Of a stretch of 64,000 bases of DNA, positions 44,707 to 54,899 are shown in pieces. The notes under the pieces are model-generated. The model was not told the origin of the DNA and ran no database searches. It saw only the letters and a list, made by a program, of their open reading frames with translations. A program made the translations under genes and the position numbers. Source of the stretch: Candidatus Woesearchaeota archaeon (GTDB lineage: Archaea > Nanobdellota > Nanobdellia > SCGC-AAA011-G17 > PNOQ01); contig CAZCDH010000001.1 of assembly GCA_964497715.1 (NCBI GenBank), positions 25,343-89,342 of the forward strand, written 5' to 3'. Within the stretch, counting starts at the first letter, position 1. Each line of letters begins with the position of its first letter.

Positions 44707-47247
44707 TTAACATGCAGAAAAATCACAGGATGAACACCTTTTACAACCTTCTTGAAAAATTAGCTTCCCGCTTTCACATTTTGGACATTTTATTCCGTAT
44801 GTATTCTTCTGACCTTCATTTGAATTTGCTGAACCGTTACCATTACCGTTACCGTTTCCTTTCTTTAAAGTATCACTTAATTCATCAACAATCTCATTGT
44901 AATCAACATTCCCTAACATTACATCCTCAAATCCATAATTCTCTATTGCCATCAGATATTTCTTAAGTGCCCTTCCAACTCCGTCAGGTATGGAAGTAAC
45001 TACCCCTTCTCTGGTAGGAATGCTAGCTATACTCGCACCTATTCCCTCTAATTGATCTACACAATAATTCGGATCCACTCCAGCCCTCAAATTAGTACTT
45101 AGCTGCCTACAAATTCCTTCTAAATCTGCGTGCACTACATCTCCACTTTTTCCTAGCTGTGCAAATACTTCATAAGGGAACCCATCTTTTGGATCCACAG
45201 TGATATTTACATGCATGTGACCAAAAGGAGTATTTTGTTTTATTTTTACTGAAGGCATCATATCAGGAATCTTTCTTGGAGTGATATAGGTTCTCTCAGT
45301 TTCCTCTTCTTTATTTGTTTCTAAAACTTGAATATCTTTTGAACCATCTCTATAGATAGTTGTACCTTTCAACCCCATCTGGTATGCCAATAAATATGCT
45401 TCCTTAACATCATTAACTGTTGCTTTGTTTGGCATGTTTATCGTTTTACTTACAGCATTATCTAAATTTCTTTGGAATGCTGCTTGAATTCTTATATGGT
45501 CTTTTGAATTTATATCTCCTGCAATCTTGAATACTTCTTGTAACTCTTCTGGAATCTCTTTTATTCCCTTCAGTGAACCTCCGTTCTTTTCTATCTTATC
45601 AAGTAGTTTTTCTGAATATATTCCCTTATCTTTTAGTGCTCTTTCTAATTCAGGATTCACAAATTTCAGCCTTTCTCCGCCTCTGATATTCTTATAAAAA
45701 ATATTTGAGAAATAAGGTTCTATTCCTCCAGATACTCCTGCCACCATAGCTATTGAACCTGTTGGAGCAATTGTTGTTCTTGCAACATTTCTAACTCTAT
45801 CTTCTAAATCTCCATTATCATATATACTTCCTTCAAATGCTGGAAAAACTCCTCTTTGTTCTGCTAATTGAACCGACTTCTCTTTCGCAGTATTATTTAT
45901 TTTAGACATTACTTGTTCTGCAAGTTCTACTGCTTCTTTAGAATCATAAGGTACTTTCAATTTTAATAACATATCTGCCCAACCCATTACACCAAGTCCT
46001 ATTCTTCTGTGAGCTAATACAGTGTCTTCTATTTCTTTTATTGGACCTTTACTAGCATCATTTACATTGTCCATGAAATGTACTGCCGTTTGAGTTGTTT
46101 CAATTAATTTGTTCCAATCAACTTCATATCCATCTTCTAATTTTTTGACCATGTTTGAAAGATTGAGTGAACCTAAGTTACATGCATCATAAGGATGCAA
46201 AGGTTGTTCTCCACAAGGATTTGTAGCTTTTATCGGACCCTTATTTGGTAAGGGATTTTCTCTATTTATTGCATCTAAAAATATCATTCCTGGATCTGCA
46301 GTTTGCCAAGCAAGATTTGCAATTATATCCATTACCGAAGGACCATATAACTCGACATTATTTTCTTCATTTATCCTTCCAATATCTTTGTTTGTATATG
46401 AGTCTAGAACTCTCCTATTTTCCTTATCTACTATTAAAGAGGGAGGATTTGGCGCCTTTCCAATTTCTGAACCACCTAGTTTATTCTCTTCTATATTGGA
46501 TTGATAGTTAAGTAAGTCGTCTAGAGTCAGAGGATTTCCTTTGAATTCTAATGGGAAATAACCATCATTTATTGTCGCATCCATAAACTTATCTGTAGCT
46601 CCAATTGAGATGTTGAAATTCTTTAATTTTCCATGTATTGCCTTTGCATAAATAAAATCCATTATATCAGGATGATTTACATCTAAGATCCCCATATTTG
46701 CTCCACGCCGATTTCCAGAGTTTATTATTTCCGTTGCCTTATCGAACTGCTCCATGAAAGAGATCGGACCTGATGCAACTCCTTTTGATTTTTTTACATA
46801 ACTTCCTCTAGGCCGTAGTTTTGAAAAATTATATCCTGTACCTCCGCCTTCTTTGTGGATTCTCGCACCTTTTCTAACTTCTCCGAAGATATCATTAAGA
46901 TCATCATCAGGATCTATACTATCTTCAGGATCAAGTACATAACAATTGAATAGAGCTTTTGTTTCTGTTCCTGCATTCGTGAATACTCTTCCCGCAGGTA
47001 AAAAATCTAGATTTGTCATGGCGTTATAAAAATTTTCTGTTACTTTGCCAATTTCTTTCTCAGAATGACCATAACCTGAATCTATATTTGCTATAGTATC
47101 TGCTATAGTGTATAGCCTTTCTTTTGGCCCTTCTACCACTTCCCCTTCACTATTTCTTTTAAGGTATTTTTGCTCTAAAGTCCACTTAGAATTGTCCGAT
47201 AGTCTCTCTTCAAGATTATCTTGGTTTACATAATTAGGTAATTTCAT
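44707..47247 (-). CDS. nrdJ: Ribonucleotide reductase, class II (adenosylcobalamin-dependent).
   Basis: It has the NrdJ motifs (TNPCGEQPL, ten-strand alpha/beta barrel), a C-terminal (GN)n linker and a Cys4 zinc ribbon (CPKCESG...CKRCSSC). 846 aa. Confidence 0.8.
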   Translation of the reverse strand: MKLPNYVNQDNLEERLSDNSKWTLEQKYLKRNSEGEVVEGPKERLYTIADTIANIDSGYGHSEKEIGKVTENFYNAMTNLDFLPAGRVFTNAGTETKALFNCYVLDPEDSIDPDDDLNDIFGEVRKGARIHKEGGGTGYNFSKLRPRGSYVKKSKGVASGPISFMEQFDKATEIINSGNRRGANMGILDVNHPDIMDFIYAKAIHGKLKNFNISIGATDKFMDATINDGYFPLEFKGNPLTLDDLLNYQSNIEENKLGGSEIGKAPNPPSLIVDKENRRVLDSYTNKDIGRINEENNVELYGPSVMDIIANLAWQTADPGMIFLDAINRENPLPNKGPIKATNPCGEQPLHPYDACNLGSLNLSNMVKKLEDGYEVDWNKLIETTQTAVHFMDNVNDASKGPIKEIEDTVLAHRRIGLGVMGWADMLLKLKVPYDSKEAVELAEQVMSKINNTAKEKSVQLAEQRGVFPAFEGSIYDNGDLEDRVRNVARTTIAPTGSIAMVAGVSGGIEPYFSNIFYKNIRGGERLKFVNPELERALKDKGIYSEKLLDKIEKNGGSLKGIKEIPEELQEVFKIAGDINSKDHIRIQAAFQRNLDNAVSKTINMPNKATVNDVKEAYLLAYQMGLKGTTIYRDGSKDIQVLETNKEEETERTYITPRKIPDMMPSVKIKQNTPFGHMHVNITVDPKDGFPYEVFAQLGKSGDVVHADLEGICRQLSTNLRAGVDPNYCVDQLEGIGASIASIPTREGVVTSIPDGVGRALKKYLMAIENYGFEDVMLGNVDYNEIVDELSDTLKKGNGNGNGNGSANSNEGQKNTYGIKCPKCESGKLIFQEGCKRCSSCDFSAC

Positions 47248-47364
47248 TTTTGCACCTCTTAAATAATATTAATTTAGATTATAGAAATTAAATTGACTTG
47301 ATATATAAACATATATAGTGTTTAACTTAGATTATTTATTGTATAAATTAGAATATAGAATTTA

Positions 47365-48396
47365 TTAATTTTTTATTAATTTTTTGAATCTTTCTAAAAA
47401 TTCATCAAAATCGTGAGAACTTATTTTTCCTCCACATGCAAACTCGTGCCCTCCACCGTAGCCATCAAGACCTTCTAAGGCCTTGTTTATCTTTTTTGGT
47501 AGTTTTATCTTTGAACTTCTGAAACTAAGTTTCATATAACCTTCTGATTCTCTTGCAACTATGATTACCTTCTTTGGTTTCCTGTAAAGTAGTTCATTTG
47601 ATAACTCACTAGTAAATGAATTCTTCTGAGAGGGATAGTAATAAATGAATAGATTACCATTAGACTTTGTTTTTAGAGCATCTTCCAACATAATTTTGTA
47701 TTCCTTTCTAAATTTATTTGCCCTTTTGAATAATAATTTCCCTTTTGGAGTAGTTTGATCTAAAATCTCATAAGGAGTTTCTATCTGCGAGAATACATTT
47801 ATTGAACTTATTACATCCTTCATAGGACCCTTTAGTAAGAATGAGGTTAGTAGTGCTAGCTCTCCAATTCTGCTATCAAATAATAATTCCTCTGGTTTTT
47901 TTAATTTCTTTTGAAGAAGATCAGGATAGTGTTCCATAAATTGTTTTGCAAAGTCTGGCCTATGCCAATCTGAAACAGTACCAAGTGTTGCTATCCAAAG
48001 ATTTTGCTCAACTACTTTATATGCATAATATGATGTAGGTTTGTTATCTCTTGGAATTTTTAACCGAGGATTATAATATTTAACTCCCTTTCTTTTTACA
48101 GGCTGGTGATGATCTAACCAAACTATAGGAACATCTACATTGTCTATGAATTCCTGAGTTACGTCCGGCATGTCTAGTACAAAAACTATGTCTGGGGAGT
48201 ACTCTTTTACTTTCCTCACAAATCTTTCATCTAGAATTGGAACAGATTTTACAATGACTCCCTTACCTTTGTTGATTAATTTTCTAAATAACATATATGA
48301 ACATAATCCGTCAGGATCATCATCATAAAAAAATAGAGGATTCTCCGCCTTTAGCAAATACTCTCTTATTTCCTTCAATTTTTTCTTTGGAATCAT
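47365..48396 (-). CDS. DHH-family phosphoesterase (RecJ-like / nanoRNase-like) with a DHHA1 domain.
   Basis: It has the motifs DDDPDG, WLDHHQP and GGGHEFACGG. Confidence 0.65.
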   Translation of the reverse strand: MIPKKKLKEIREYLLKAENPLFFYDDDPDGLCSYMLFRKLINKGKGVIVKSVPILDERFVRKVKEYSPDIVFVLDMPDVTQEFIDNVDVPIVWLDHHQPVKRKGVKYYNPRLKIPRDNKPTSYYAYKVVEQNLWIATLGTVSDWHRPDFAKQFMEHYPDLLQKKLKKPEELLFDSRIGELALLTSFLLKGPMKDVISSINVFSQIETPYEILDQTTPKGKLLFKRANKFRKEYKIMLEDALKTKSNGNLFIYYYPSQKNSFTSELSNELLYRKPKKVIIVARESEGYMKLSFRSSKIKLPKKINKALEGLDGYGGGHEFACGGKISSHDFDEFLERFKKLIKN

Positions 48397-48430
48397 TGTA
48401 GAAAGATTAATAAATTTACTTTATAAACTT

Positions 48431-48679
48431 TTGTTTATGGTTGGTAGAACAATATTGTACATCTCATTGTTAATCTCGTTATTTGTGTTTGTTAAACTTG
48501 GAGACCTTGAGATATTTAATTTAAAAAATAGGGTCTTAATATCCTTAATATTCCCATTCTTAGCAGGATTGGTATTCTTATTGGGAGCTATAGGTTTTAT
48601 GTTTGTAGGAGTTTTGTTAGTTCTTGGAACAATATTCTTCGCTTTAAATAAAGATAAAATTAAAATTATAAGAATTTAG
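48431..48679 (+). CDS. Small membrane protein (2 TM helices).
   Basis: 82-aa hydrophobic ORF. Confidence 0.3.
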   Translation: MFMVGRTILYISLLISLFVFVKLGDLEIFNLKNRVLISLIFPFLAGLVFLLGAIGFMFVGVLLVLGTIFFALNKDKIKIIRI

Positions 48680-48685
48680 AAAATA

Positions 48686-49258
48686 TTATTTAGCTCTTCC
48701 CTTATTCGCAGATAAACTAGGTCTAATCTTTTCAGCACCGATTCCTTTCTTTCTAAGTCCTCTTGACTTTTTACCAGCTGAAGTTAATCCTCTGAAAACT
48801 CTTCCTTTTTGTTTACCTTTGCAAATCCAGTTAATTTTCTTATCTGATTTGATTACTGAATGATCTGGATCAACCATTATAACTTCATACCATCTGTACC
48901 GGCCATCCTTTACAAGGAAATAACTGTTTAAAACTCTAAGGTTTGTGAATTTTTTTGATACTCTCTCTTCTGCAATCCATTGGTAACTCTTTCCAACAAC
49001 TTTCTTTCTCCTTCTTGCTTTTGGCCTTCTACCTTTCTTGATTAATGGGCGCATCCTTTTGGATTTGTTTAGTCTTATTCTAACCATAACATATCCTTGC
49101 TTTGCTTTGTATCCAAGAGATCTAGCTCTATCTAACCTTGTTGGTCTATCTAACCTAATTATCGTAGGATCCCTTCTCCAAACTACTAACCTTTCAGTAA
49201 ATAATTCTTTCAAAGATTCCTTAGGTTTTTTCCAGAGTTCTCTAATGTGTTTATACAT
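48686..49258 (-). CDS. rpl15e: 50S ribosomal protein L15e.
   Basis: The N-terminus [14 protein letters not shown], the basic composition and the 190-aa length match L15e. Confidence 0.8.
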   Translation of the reverse strand: MYKHIRELWKKPKESLKELFTERLVVWRRDPTIIRLDRPTRLDRARSLGYKAKQGYVMVRIRLNKSKRMRPLIKKGRRPKARRRKKVVGKSYQWIAEERVSKKFTNLRVLNSYFLVKDGRYRWYEVIMVDPDHSVIKSDKKINWICKGKQKGRVFRGLTSAGKKSRGLRKKGIGAEKIRPSLSANKGRAK

Positions 49259-49365
49259 AGTATGGTTTGTGAAATGAAACGGTTTATAAAAGTTTCTGTA
49301 TTTGGAGATTATTCCAAAAACTATATATATTAAGATTGGTTACCATTTTGGTTTAGGAGGAACAA

Positions 49366-49652
49366 AAATGAAGCATTTATTAAAAATTATAAGCGGTTTA
49401 ATGATGGTTATGGGTGGATTATATACCTATGTCAGATGGGATTTCTTCAGAACACAACTTATCATAGCTTTGAAGTTAGTTGTAGGTAATGTAGGTGCGT
49501 TTATCGCATTAATAGGTTTGATAATATTCTTGATTGGAATGAGCGAAAGTAAAGAGATTGTTGAAGAAGAGTTTGTTCAAGAAGAGGAAGAAATTGAAGA
49601 AGAGCCTGTTGTAGAAAAGAAACCTAAAAGAAAAGCTAAGGCTAAGAAATAA
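49366..49652 (+). CDS. Small membrane protein with an acidic/lysine-rich tail.
   Basis: The start was set at MKHLLK (49366), preceded by AGGAGGA with a 7-nt spacer. The tracked 49302 start lacks an RBS. Confidence 0.4.
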
Positions 49653-50865
49653 ACTTATTCAAACTAATTTGTTTTTTATTTAATATTTTACTTTCTTTCA
49701 ATATTTGAGTTATATCAAAATTGAGATGTTTTTTTATTTTTCCATAAGCATAGTTTAATGCTATGTTTTTTGATTCAAAATTTTCTTCTTTTGTTTCCAT
49801 AGCTTTTCTTGCCGCAGATCTTACAACCCATACTCCCATACTTGCCCAATATTCTGGAGTCTCAAATCTTAATACTAAAACAGAGGCTTGTCTCTTTATT
49901 TTAGTTAAATATTCTAAAACTGCTAGTCTTGCGGCATAGTATCCTCCGACGGTGTTTGAAGCATATTTCTTTCTTCCAAAAAAATCTTCAAAATCTGTTG
50001 CCATACTTATACCTGATGCCTTATTCCATGCAGAATCTTGGAGATACATTTCAAATAGTTCATAAGATAACATTTCAGGAAATAAAATGATTAAGTAATA
50101 ATTTCCGAAATAGTTTCCAAAAAATATTTTATATTCCTCTATCTGAGGATAGTGTCTTATGTTTTCTAATAACTTTTTTCCGATTAAATCATCTGTAGCA
50201 GTTATGCCCCATCGTGTCGGAACTAACTTCCTATCTTTTTTTAATCCAAACATTCCCATAGATAGTAATTTTGAGATTGCGTGTTCATCAAAATTCTTTT
50301 TGTAAAGTGTTGAAATTGCTTCTGTCGATTTTAGATCGGTGTCCGAAACAACTTTGTCTATCCTTGTATGAATTTTCGGATTTTCTGTAAGTTTTACTTT
50401 CTTTAGTTCTGCCCTCGGACCCATTGGCATATTCACATTATCAAAATCTAATCTTATCATTGCTTTCTTTTTTAGTTCCATCTCTAAATCTACAGATTTT
50501 GTTGCCATTGATAATTCTTGAGAGATTTCTAAGAACCTCTTGTTTAAGTTAGATTGAGAACTAGTTATGGCATTTACATTTGATTTGAATCTTGAATTAA
50601 TTAGTGATCTCCTGAAATTTATTACCTCCTCTAGTTTAAATTCATTTTTTGCCCAATAATTCTGAGCATCATATAGCCAAGCATCTTCTTTTTGTTCTGG
50701 TGGAGAGAGAATTCCCACATTCACTGCAGGATATTGTAACTTCGAACCTACAAAAACAGATGGAGGAGAAGTACTATTGAATTCCCCAATTATCTCTTTT
50801 ATCTTGAATAGTGTTTGAGATCTTGATTCTAAAAGTTTTTTCTTGTCTATTTTAATCAAAACCAT
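49642..50865 (-). CDS. Hypothetical protein (407 aa); possibly an archaeal Nre-like family member.
   Basis: No recognisable domain. It vaguely recalls archaeal DUF650/651 Nre proteins; the comparison is from memory and unverified. Confidence 0.3.
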   Translation of the reverse strand: MVLIKIDKKKLLESRSQTLFKIKEIIGEFNSTSPPSVFVGSKLQYPAVNVGILSPPEQKEDAWLYDAQNYWAKNEFKLEEVINFRRSLINSRFKSNVNAITSSQSNLNKRFLEISQELSMATKSVDLEMELKKKAMIRLDFDNVNMPMGPRAELKKVKLTENPKIHTRIDKVVSDTDLKSTEAISTLYKKNFDEHAISKLLSMGMFGLKKDRKLVPTRWGITATDDLIGKKLLENIRHYPQIEEYKIFFGNYFGNYYLIILFPEMLSYELFEMYLQDSAWNKASGISMATDFEDFFGRKKYASNTVGGYYAARLAVLEYLTKIKRQASVLVLRFETPEYWASMGVWVVRSAARKAMETKEENFESKNIALNYAYGKIKKHLNFDITQILKESKILNKKQISLNKFIS

Positions 50866-50966
50866 ATTTTTGAGAGTGTAACATTATTTATAAAATTGGT
50901 TAGTCGGTTTTGTCATAGTGGCAATAAAAGAAACCCTTTTAAATTAATTAATTTTATAAAATTAAC

Positions 50967-51527
50967 ATGGTATTAATCACTCTCCGAGAGATTCTTGAAT
51001 TAATCATAATGACAGGAGTCATAGGATACATACTTACTGGAAAATTTATACGTAGACCTAAAACCGTGTATGATATGATGCACCCAAATAAATTTAATAT
51101 GGAAGATTTTAAGTTTGCAGTTGTAGTTACGGCACCAGCAATAGTATTGCATGAATTAGCACATAAATTTGTTGCATTATCTTATGGTTTCAGTGCGACT
51201 TTCAAAATGTTCCCTTTTGGATTAGGAATAGGACTAGTTTTGAAGTTATTAAATTCTCCATTTATTCTTATTGCCCCAGGGTATGTAGAGATACCAGTTA
51301 TTGCTAATGCTTTTGCGTATAGAATGATTGCTTTTGCTGGCCCTGCAGTTAACTTGATATTATGGATTACTGCTGCGATTTTGCTTAAGAAGATGGAAGG
51401 TTTGAATAGAACACAATTATCTGCACTTCATATGACTAAAGTATTGAATATGATATTGTTCTTCTTTAATATGATTCCTTTCGGACCTTTCGATGGTGCT
51501 AAGGTCTTGAATGGTCCACCAATATAG
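50967..51527 (+). CDS. Site-2 protease-like (M50 family) membrane metallopeptidase; a small form.
   Basis: HExxH lies within a TM helix (APAIVLHELAHKFVALSYGF). It is polytopic. Confidence 0.5.
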   Translation: MVLITLREILELIIMTGVIGYILTGKFIRRPKTVYDMMHPNKFNMEDFKFAVVVTAPAIVLHELAHKFVALSYGFSATFKMFPFGLGIGLVLKLLNSPFILIAPGYVEIPVIANAFAYRMIAFAGPAVNLILWITAAILLKKMEGLNRTQLSALHMTKVLNMILFFFNMIPFGPFDGAKVLNGPPI

Positions 51528-51529
51528 AA

Positions 51530-52078
51530 TTATGCTGCTACTTTTTCACAAGGTTCTTCAAGTAAAACTTCCAACTCTTTTTTAATCTCTTTTATTATCT
51601 TTTTATTGTTTGATTGTGCTAACATCCCTTCACAAAGAGGACATTTGAAATCATTATCCATTGAATTCATAAAATTTAATCTTAAACATTTTCTAGAACA
51701 GGTATAGTGGTCTTCTTCTTCTTTTTTCAACCGTTTTTTTAGGGATCCTATCTCTTCTTCTTTTAGAGATTTTATCAAAAGTTTAGCTTGAACAAGATTA
51801 AACGTCCAATAGTAAATATACCAACCTTTTTGCTTGTCTTTTTTTCTCATTGAGCTAACAAGATTGTGTTTTTGTAAACGATATAATCTATTACGGACAA
51901 GATTTATTCCTAATTCTAGCTTTTCAGCTAATAAGAATTCTGAGACATTTTCCTTTCCCTCTATTATAAGTTTTGATAGTTCAACAGTATCTTTTCCTGC
52001 TAATCTTGCTACCAACTCCTCAATTTTTTCAAAATCTATATCCATTTTTTGTTCTTTAGTCATTTTGGGATAAATCAC
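51530..52078 (-). CDS. tfe: Transcription factor E (TFIIE alpha homolog).
   Basis: It has a winged helix with the GWYIYYW wing motif and a C-terminal zinc ribbon CSRKC...CPLC. Confidence 0.65.
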   Translation of the reverse strand: MIYPKMTKEQKMDIDFEKIEELVARLAGKDTVELSKLIIEGKENVSEFLLAEKLELGINLVRNRLYRLQKHNLVSSMRKKDKQKGWYIYYWTFNLVQAKLLIKSLKEEEIGSLKKRLKKEEEDHYTCSRKCLRLNFMNSMDNDFKCPLCEGMLAQSNNKKIIKEIKKELEVLLEEPCEKVAA

Positions 52079-52195
52079 TTTAAAAAGCTTGTTATTTGGC
52101 CGAATTTTCCCAGTTTTCTAAAATTCACCACTTATTGATAACACAGAAACTTTAAGAATGTATAAAATAAAATTTTACTATCGGAGGAATCCATT

Positions 52196-52714
52196 ATGGG
52201 ACTTTTCAAAAAGAAGAAAAAAGAAGAATTTGATTTTGGTGAGACTGTTTCTAGTGCTAAAAAGGGAGGAATTCCTGATTTAAAATTACCTAAACTTCCG
52301 GAGTTACCTTCAGAAGGTAGAGGTTATCCTAGTTATGGTGCCGGAGATCTTGGCGCGATAAAAAAAGAGGTAGAAAAACCTATAATTATACCTAGAAAAA
52401 AGATTGTTTCTCCTATGGGTATGCCTAAAATAAATCCACATAAAATTGTAAAACCAATTACAAGTGTTGGAGTAAGAAGGCCTGTAGAAAGAGTTGAAGG
52501 AGATAAACCAATCTTTGTTAAAATTGAAGCATACAAGGATGCTATTGAATCTATAGAAACTATCAAAGGATTGTGTAAAGAGGCGGACGGAGTACTTGTT
52601 GAGCTTAGTAAAATAAGGTCTGAGGAAGATAGAGAGTTAGCTAAATGGCACAACGATATAGATAAGATCAAAAATAAACTTCTTGTTGTAGATAAAAAAT
52701 TATTCGAACTTTAA
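52196..52714 (+). CDS. Hypothetical protein (172 aa); weak SepF-like C-terminal region.
   Basis: An N-terminal Lys/Pro-rich region, then PIFVKIEAYKDAIESIETIKGLCKEADGVLVELSKI. The resemblance to SepF is from memory and unverified. Confidence 0.3.
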   Translation: MGLFKKKKKEEFDFGETVSSAKKGGIPDLKLPKLPELPSEGRGYPSYGAGDLGAIKKEVEKPIIIPRKKIVSPMGMPKINPHKIVKPITSVGVRRPVERVEGDKPIFVKIEAYKDAIESIETIKGLCKEADGVLVELSKIRSEEDRELAKWHNDIDKIKNKLLVVDKKLFEL

Positions 52715-52715
52715 A

Positions 52716-53111
52716 ATGGCCAAAAAGAAAGCAGGTGTTGCAAATGAGGATAGTACTACTTTTGTAAGAGTTGAGAATCCATTAGTTCTTAGAGAAGAGA
52801 TTCTACACTCCGCAATCGATACTACTTCTATCCTTAAAAGTTATGAGAGATATGGTTTGCTCAGAGATAAAAAAATAACTCTTATGAAGAAAGTTAGAAC
52901 TCTTATGAGAAAAATAGAGAAAGAGTTTAAAGTTATTAGAGAGAAACAACTTCCTAGAGTTGAAGAGATTGAAAGAGATATTGAATTGAATGGAAAGAAG
53001 AAAAAGAAAACTTCAAAGGTTCATCAAATTAAAAAAACAAAAGTTGTGAGAACCTCTCTAGATAGAGATATAGATGAGATACGAAAAAAATTGTCTGAAC
53101 TAGAAGTTTAG
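52716..53111 (+). CDS. Hypothetical Lys-rich coiled-coil protein (131 aa).
   Basis: ORF coupled to the upstream gene by a 1-nt gap. Confidence 0.3.
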   Translation: MAKKKAGVANEDSTTFVRVENPLVLREEILHSAIDTTSILKSYERYGLLRDKKITLMKKVRTLMRKIEKEFKVIREKQLPRVEEIERDIELNGKKKKKTSKVHQIKKTKVVRTSLDRDIDEIRKKLSELEV

Positions 53112-53147
53112 ATAAATTTTTAAATAACTTTATTCTGTTATGACTGT

Positions 53148-54899
53148 ATGAAATCAAATCAATTGAAGGAAAAATATATTGAATTCTTTAAATCTAAAAA
53201 ACATAAAGAGATTTCTAATTTCTCTTTAATTCCTCAGAACGATCCTACTGTTTTATTTACAACTGCAGGAATGCACCCATTAGTACCTTATTTACTTGGG
53301 CAGAACCATCCCTCCGGAAAAAGATTGGTTAATGTTCAGAGATGTTTGAGAACTGGAGACATTGATGAAGTTGGAGACGATGTTCATTTAACTTTATTTG
53401 AAATGCTTGGGAATTGGAGCCTCGGAGATTATTGGAAAAAAGAGGCAATTAATTGGAGTTTTGAATTTCTTACAGATAAAAAATGGTTGAATTTTTCTGT
53501 TGATAAATTGGGAGTTAGTGTTTTTGCTGGAGATAAAGATTCTTCAAAAGATGAAGAGAGTGCGAAAGTTTGGAAAGAGAAAGGCATCTCAGAAAAAAGA
53601 ATTGCTTATCTTGGAAAAGAAGATAATTGGTGGGGACCTGCTGGACAAACTGGACCTTGTGGACCTTGTACTGAAATGTTCTATTGGGCAGGAGAAGGAG
53701 ATGCTCCTGAGAGATTTGATCCAACTGACTCAAACTGGGTAGAAGTTTGGAATGATGTTTTTATGCAATACAATAAAGATGTAGAAGGTAAATATTCAGA
53801 ATTAAAACAAAAAAATGTTGATACTGGAATGGGAACTGAAAGAATTATTATGATTCTTGAGGGAAAAAGATCAATTTATGAAACTAGTAATTTTATACCT
53901 ATAGTTAAAAAGATAAAAAAACTTGCAGGATTTGAAAAAGTTAACGAAGTTGAAGAGATATCTGTTAGAAAAATTGCAGACCATGTTAGGTCGGCAACAT
54001 TCTTAATTAATGATGGAGTTGCCCCTTCAAACGCTGATCAAGGATATGTTTTGAGAAGATTGATTAGAACAGCTATAAGACATGGAAGAATTTTAGGAAT
54101 CTCTCAAGAGAATCTTTGTGGAGAGATATCAAAAGAAATAATTAAAATCTATTCTAAACACTACCCTGGACTTAAAGAAAAAAGAAAAGAGATATTAGAT
54201 GAATTGGACAGAGAAGAAACTAGATTTGAAAAAACTTTAGAAAAGGGCCTTAGAAAATTTAAGGAAATGACCAAGAACAAAAAGTTATCTGGAGAAGATG
54301 CTTTCTTATTATTCCAATCTTATGGTTTCCCTTTGGAGATTGTTCTTGAACTTGCAGAAGAAAGTGGAGTTAAAGTTAGTGTTAAGGGCTTTGAGAAAGA
54401 GCTAGAGAAACATCAGGAAATATCTAGAACGGCCACTAAAGGAAAGTTTGGTTCGGGACTTGCCGATCAATCTGAAGAAGTAACTAAACTTCATACTGCG
54501 ACTCATTTATTACATTCTGCTTTGAAAAAAGTTCTAAAAAAAGATATTGAACAAAGAGGTTCCAATATTACTTCAGAGAGACTTAGGTTTGACTTTAATT
54601 TTGATAGAAAATTAGATGAAAAAGAAATAAAAAAGGTTGAAGAAATTATTAATGATTGGATCAAGGAAAGTATTGCAATAAAGATGGAAGAGATGACTAT
54701 AAGTGAAGCAAAAAAAGCTGGAGCTATTGGACTTTTTGAATACTCTGGAAAAGTCTCAGTTTATAGTGTTGGTAAAGTCTCTAAAGAAATTTGTACAGGG
54801 CCTCATGTAAAAAACACTAAAGAGTTGGGTAAGTTTGAGATAGTAAAAGAAAAATCCAGCTCTGCCGGAGTAAGAAGAATAAAGGCAATTCTAAAATGA
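53148..54899 (+). CDS. alaS: Alanyl-tRNA synthetase; a short form lacking the C-terminal C-Ala domain.
   Basis: It has the catalytic motifs FTTAGMHPLVPYLLG, QRCLRTGDIDEVG and LGNWSLGDYWKKEAI, and an editing-domain HxxxH (HTATHLLH) with CTGPHV. It is only 583 aa. Confidence 0.8.
   Translation: MKSNQLKEKYIEFFKSKKHKEISNFSLIPQNDPTVLFTTAGMHPLVPYLLGQNHPSGKRLVNVQRCLRTGDIDEVGDDVHLTLFEMLGNWSLGDYWKKEAINWSFEFLTDKKWLNFSVDKLGVSVFAGDKDSSKDEESAKVWKEKGISEKRIAYLGKEDNWWGPAGQTGPCGPCTEMFYWAGEGDAPERFDPTDSNWVEVWNDVFMQYNKDVEGKYSELKQKNVDTGMGTERIIMILEGKRSIYETSNFIPIVKKIKKLAGFEKVNEVEEISVRKIADHVRSATFLINDGVAPSNADQGYVLRRLIRTAIRHGRILGISQENLCGEISKEIIKIYSKHYPGLKEKRKEILDELDREETRFEKTLEKGLRKFKEMTKNKKLSGEDAFLLFQSYGFPLEIVLELAEESGVKVSVKGFEKELEKHQEISRTATKGKFGSGLADQSEEVTKLHTATHLLHSALKKVLKKDIEQRGSNITSERLRFDFNFDRKLDEKEIKKVEEIINDWIKESIAIKMEEMTISEAKKAGAIGLFEYSGKVSVYSVGKVSKEICTGPHVKNTKELGKFEIVKEKSSSAGVRRIKAILK

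Noticed and set aside
44707-47247. Possible intein in the 846-aa ribonucleotide reductase, suggested by its length and the GN-repeat.
   Set aside because: No intein splicing motifs (block A Cys/Ser after a conserved extein junction, block G HN, or an embedded LAGLIDADG) were seen. The length is accounted for by the N-terminal extension and the C-terminal linker plus zinc ribbon.
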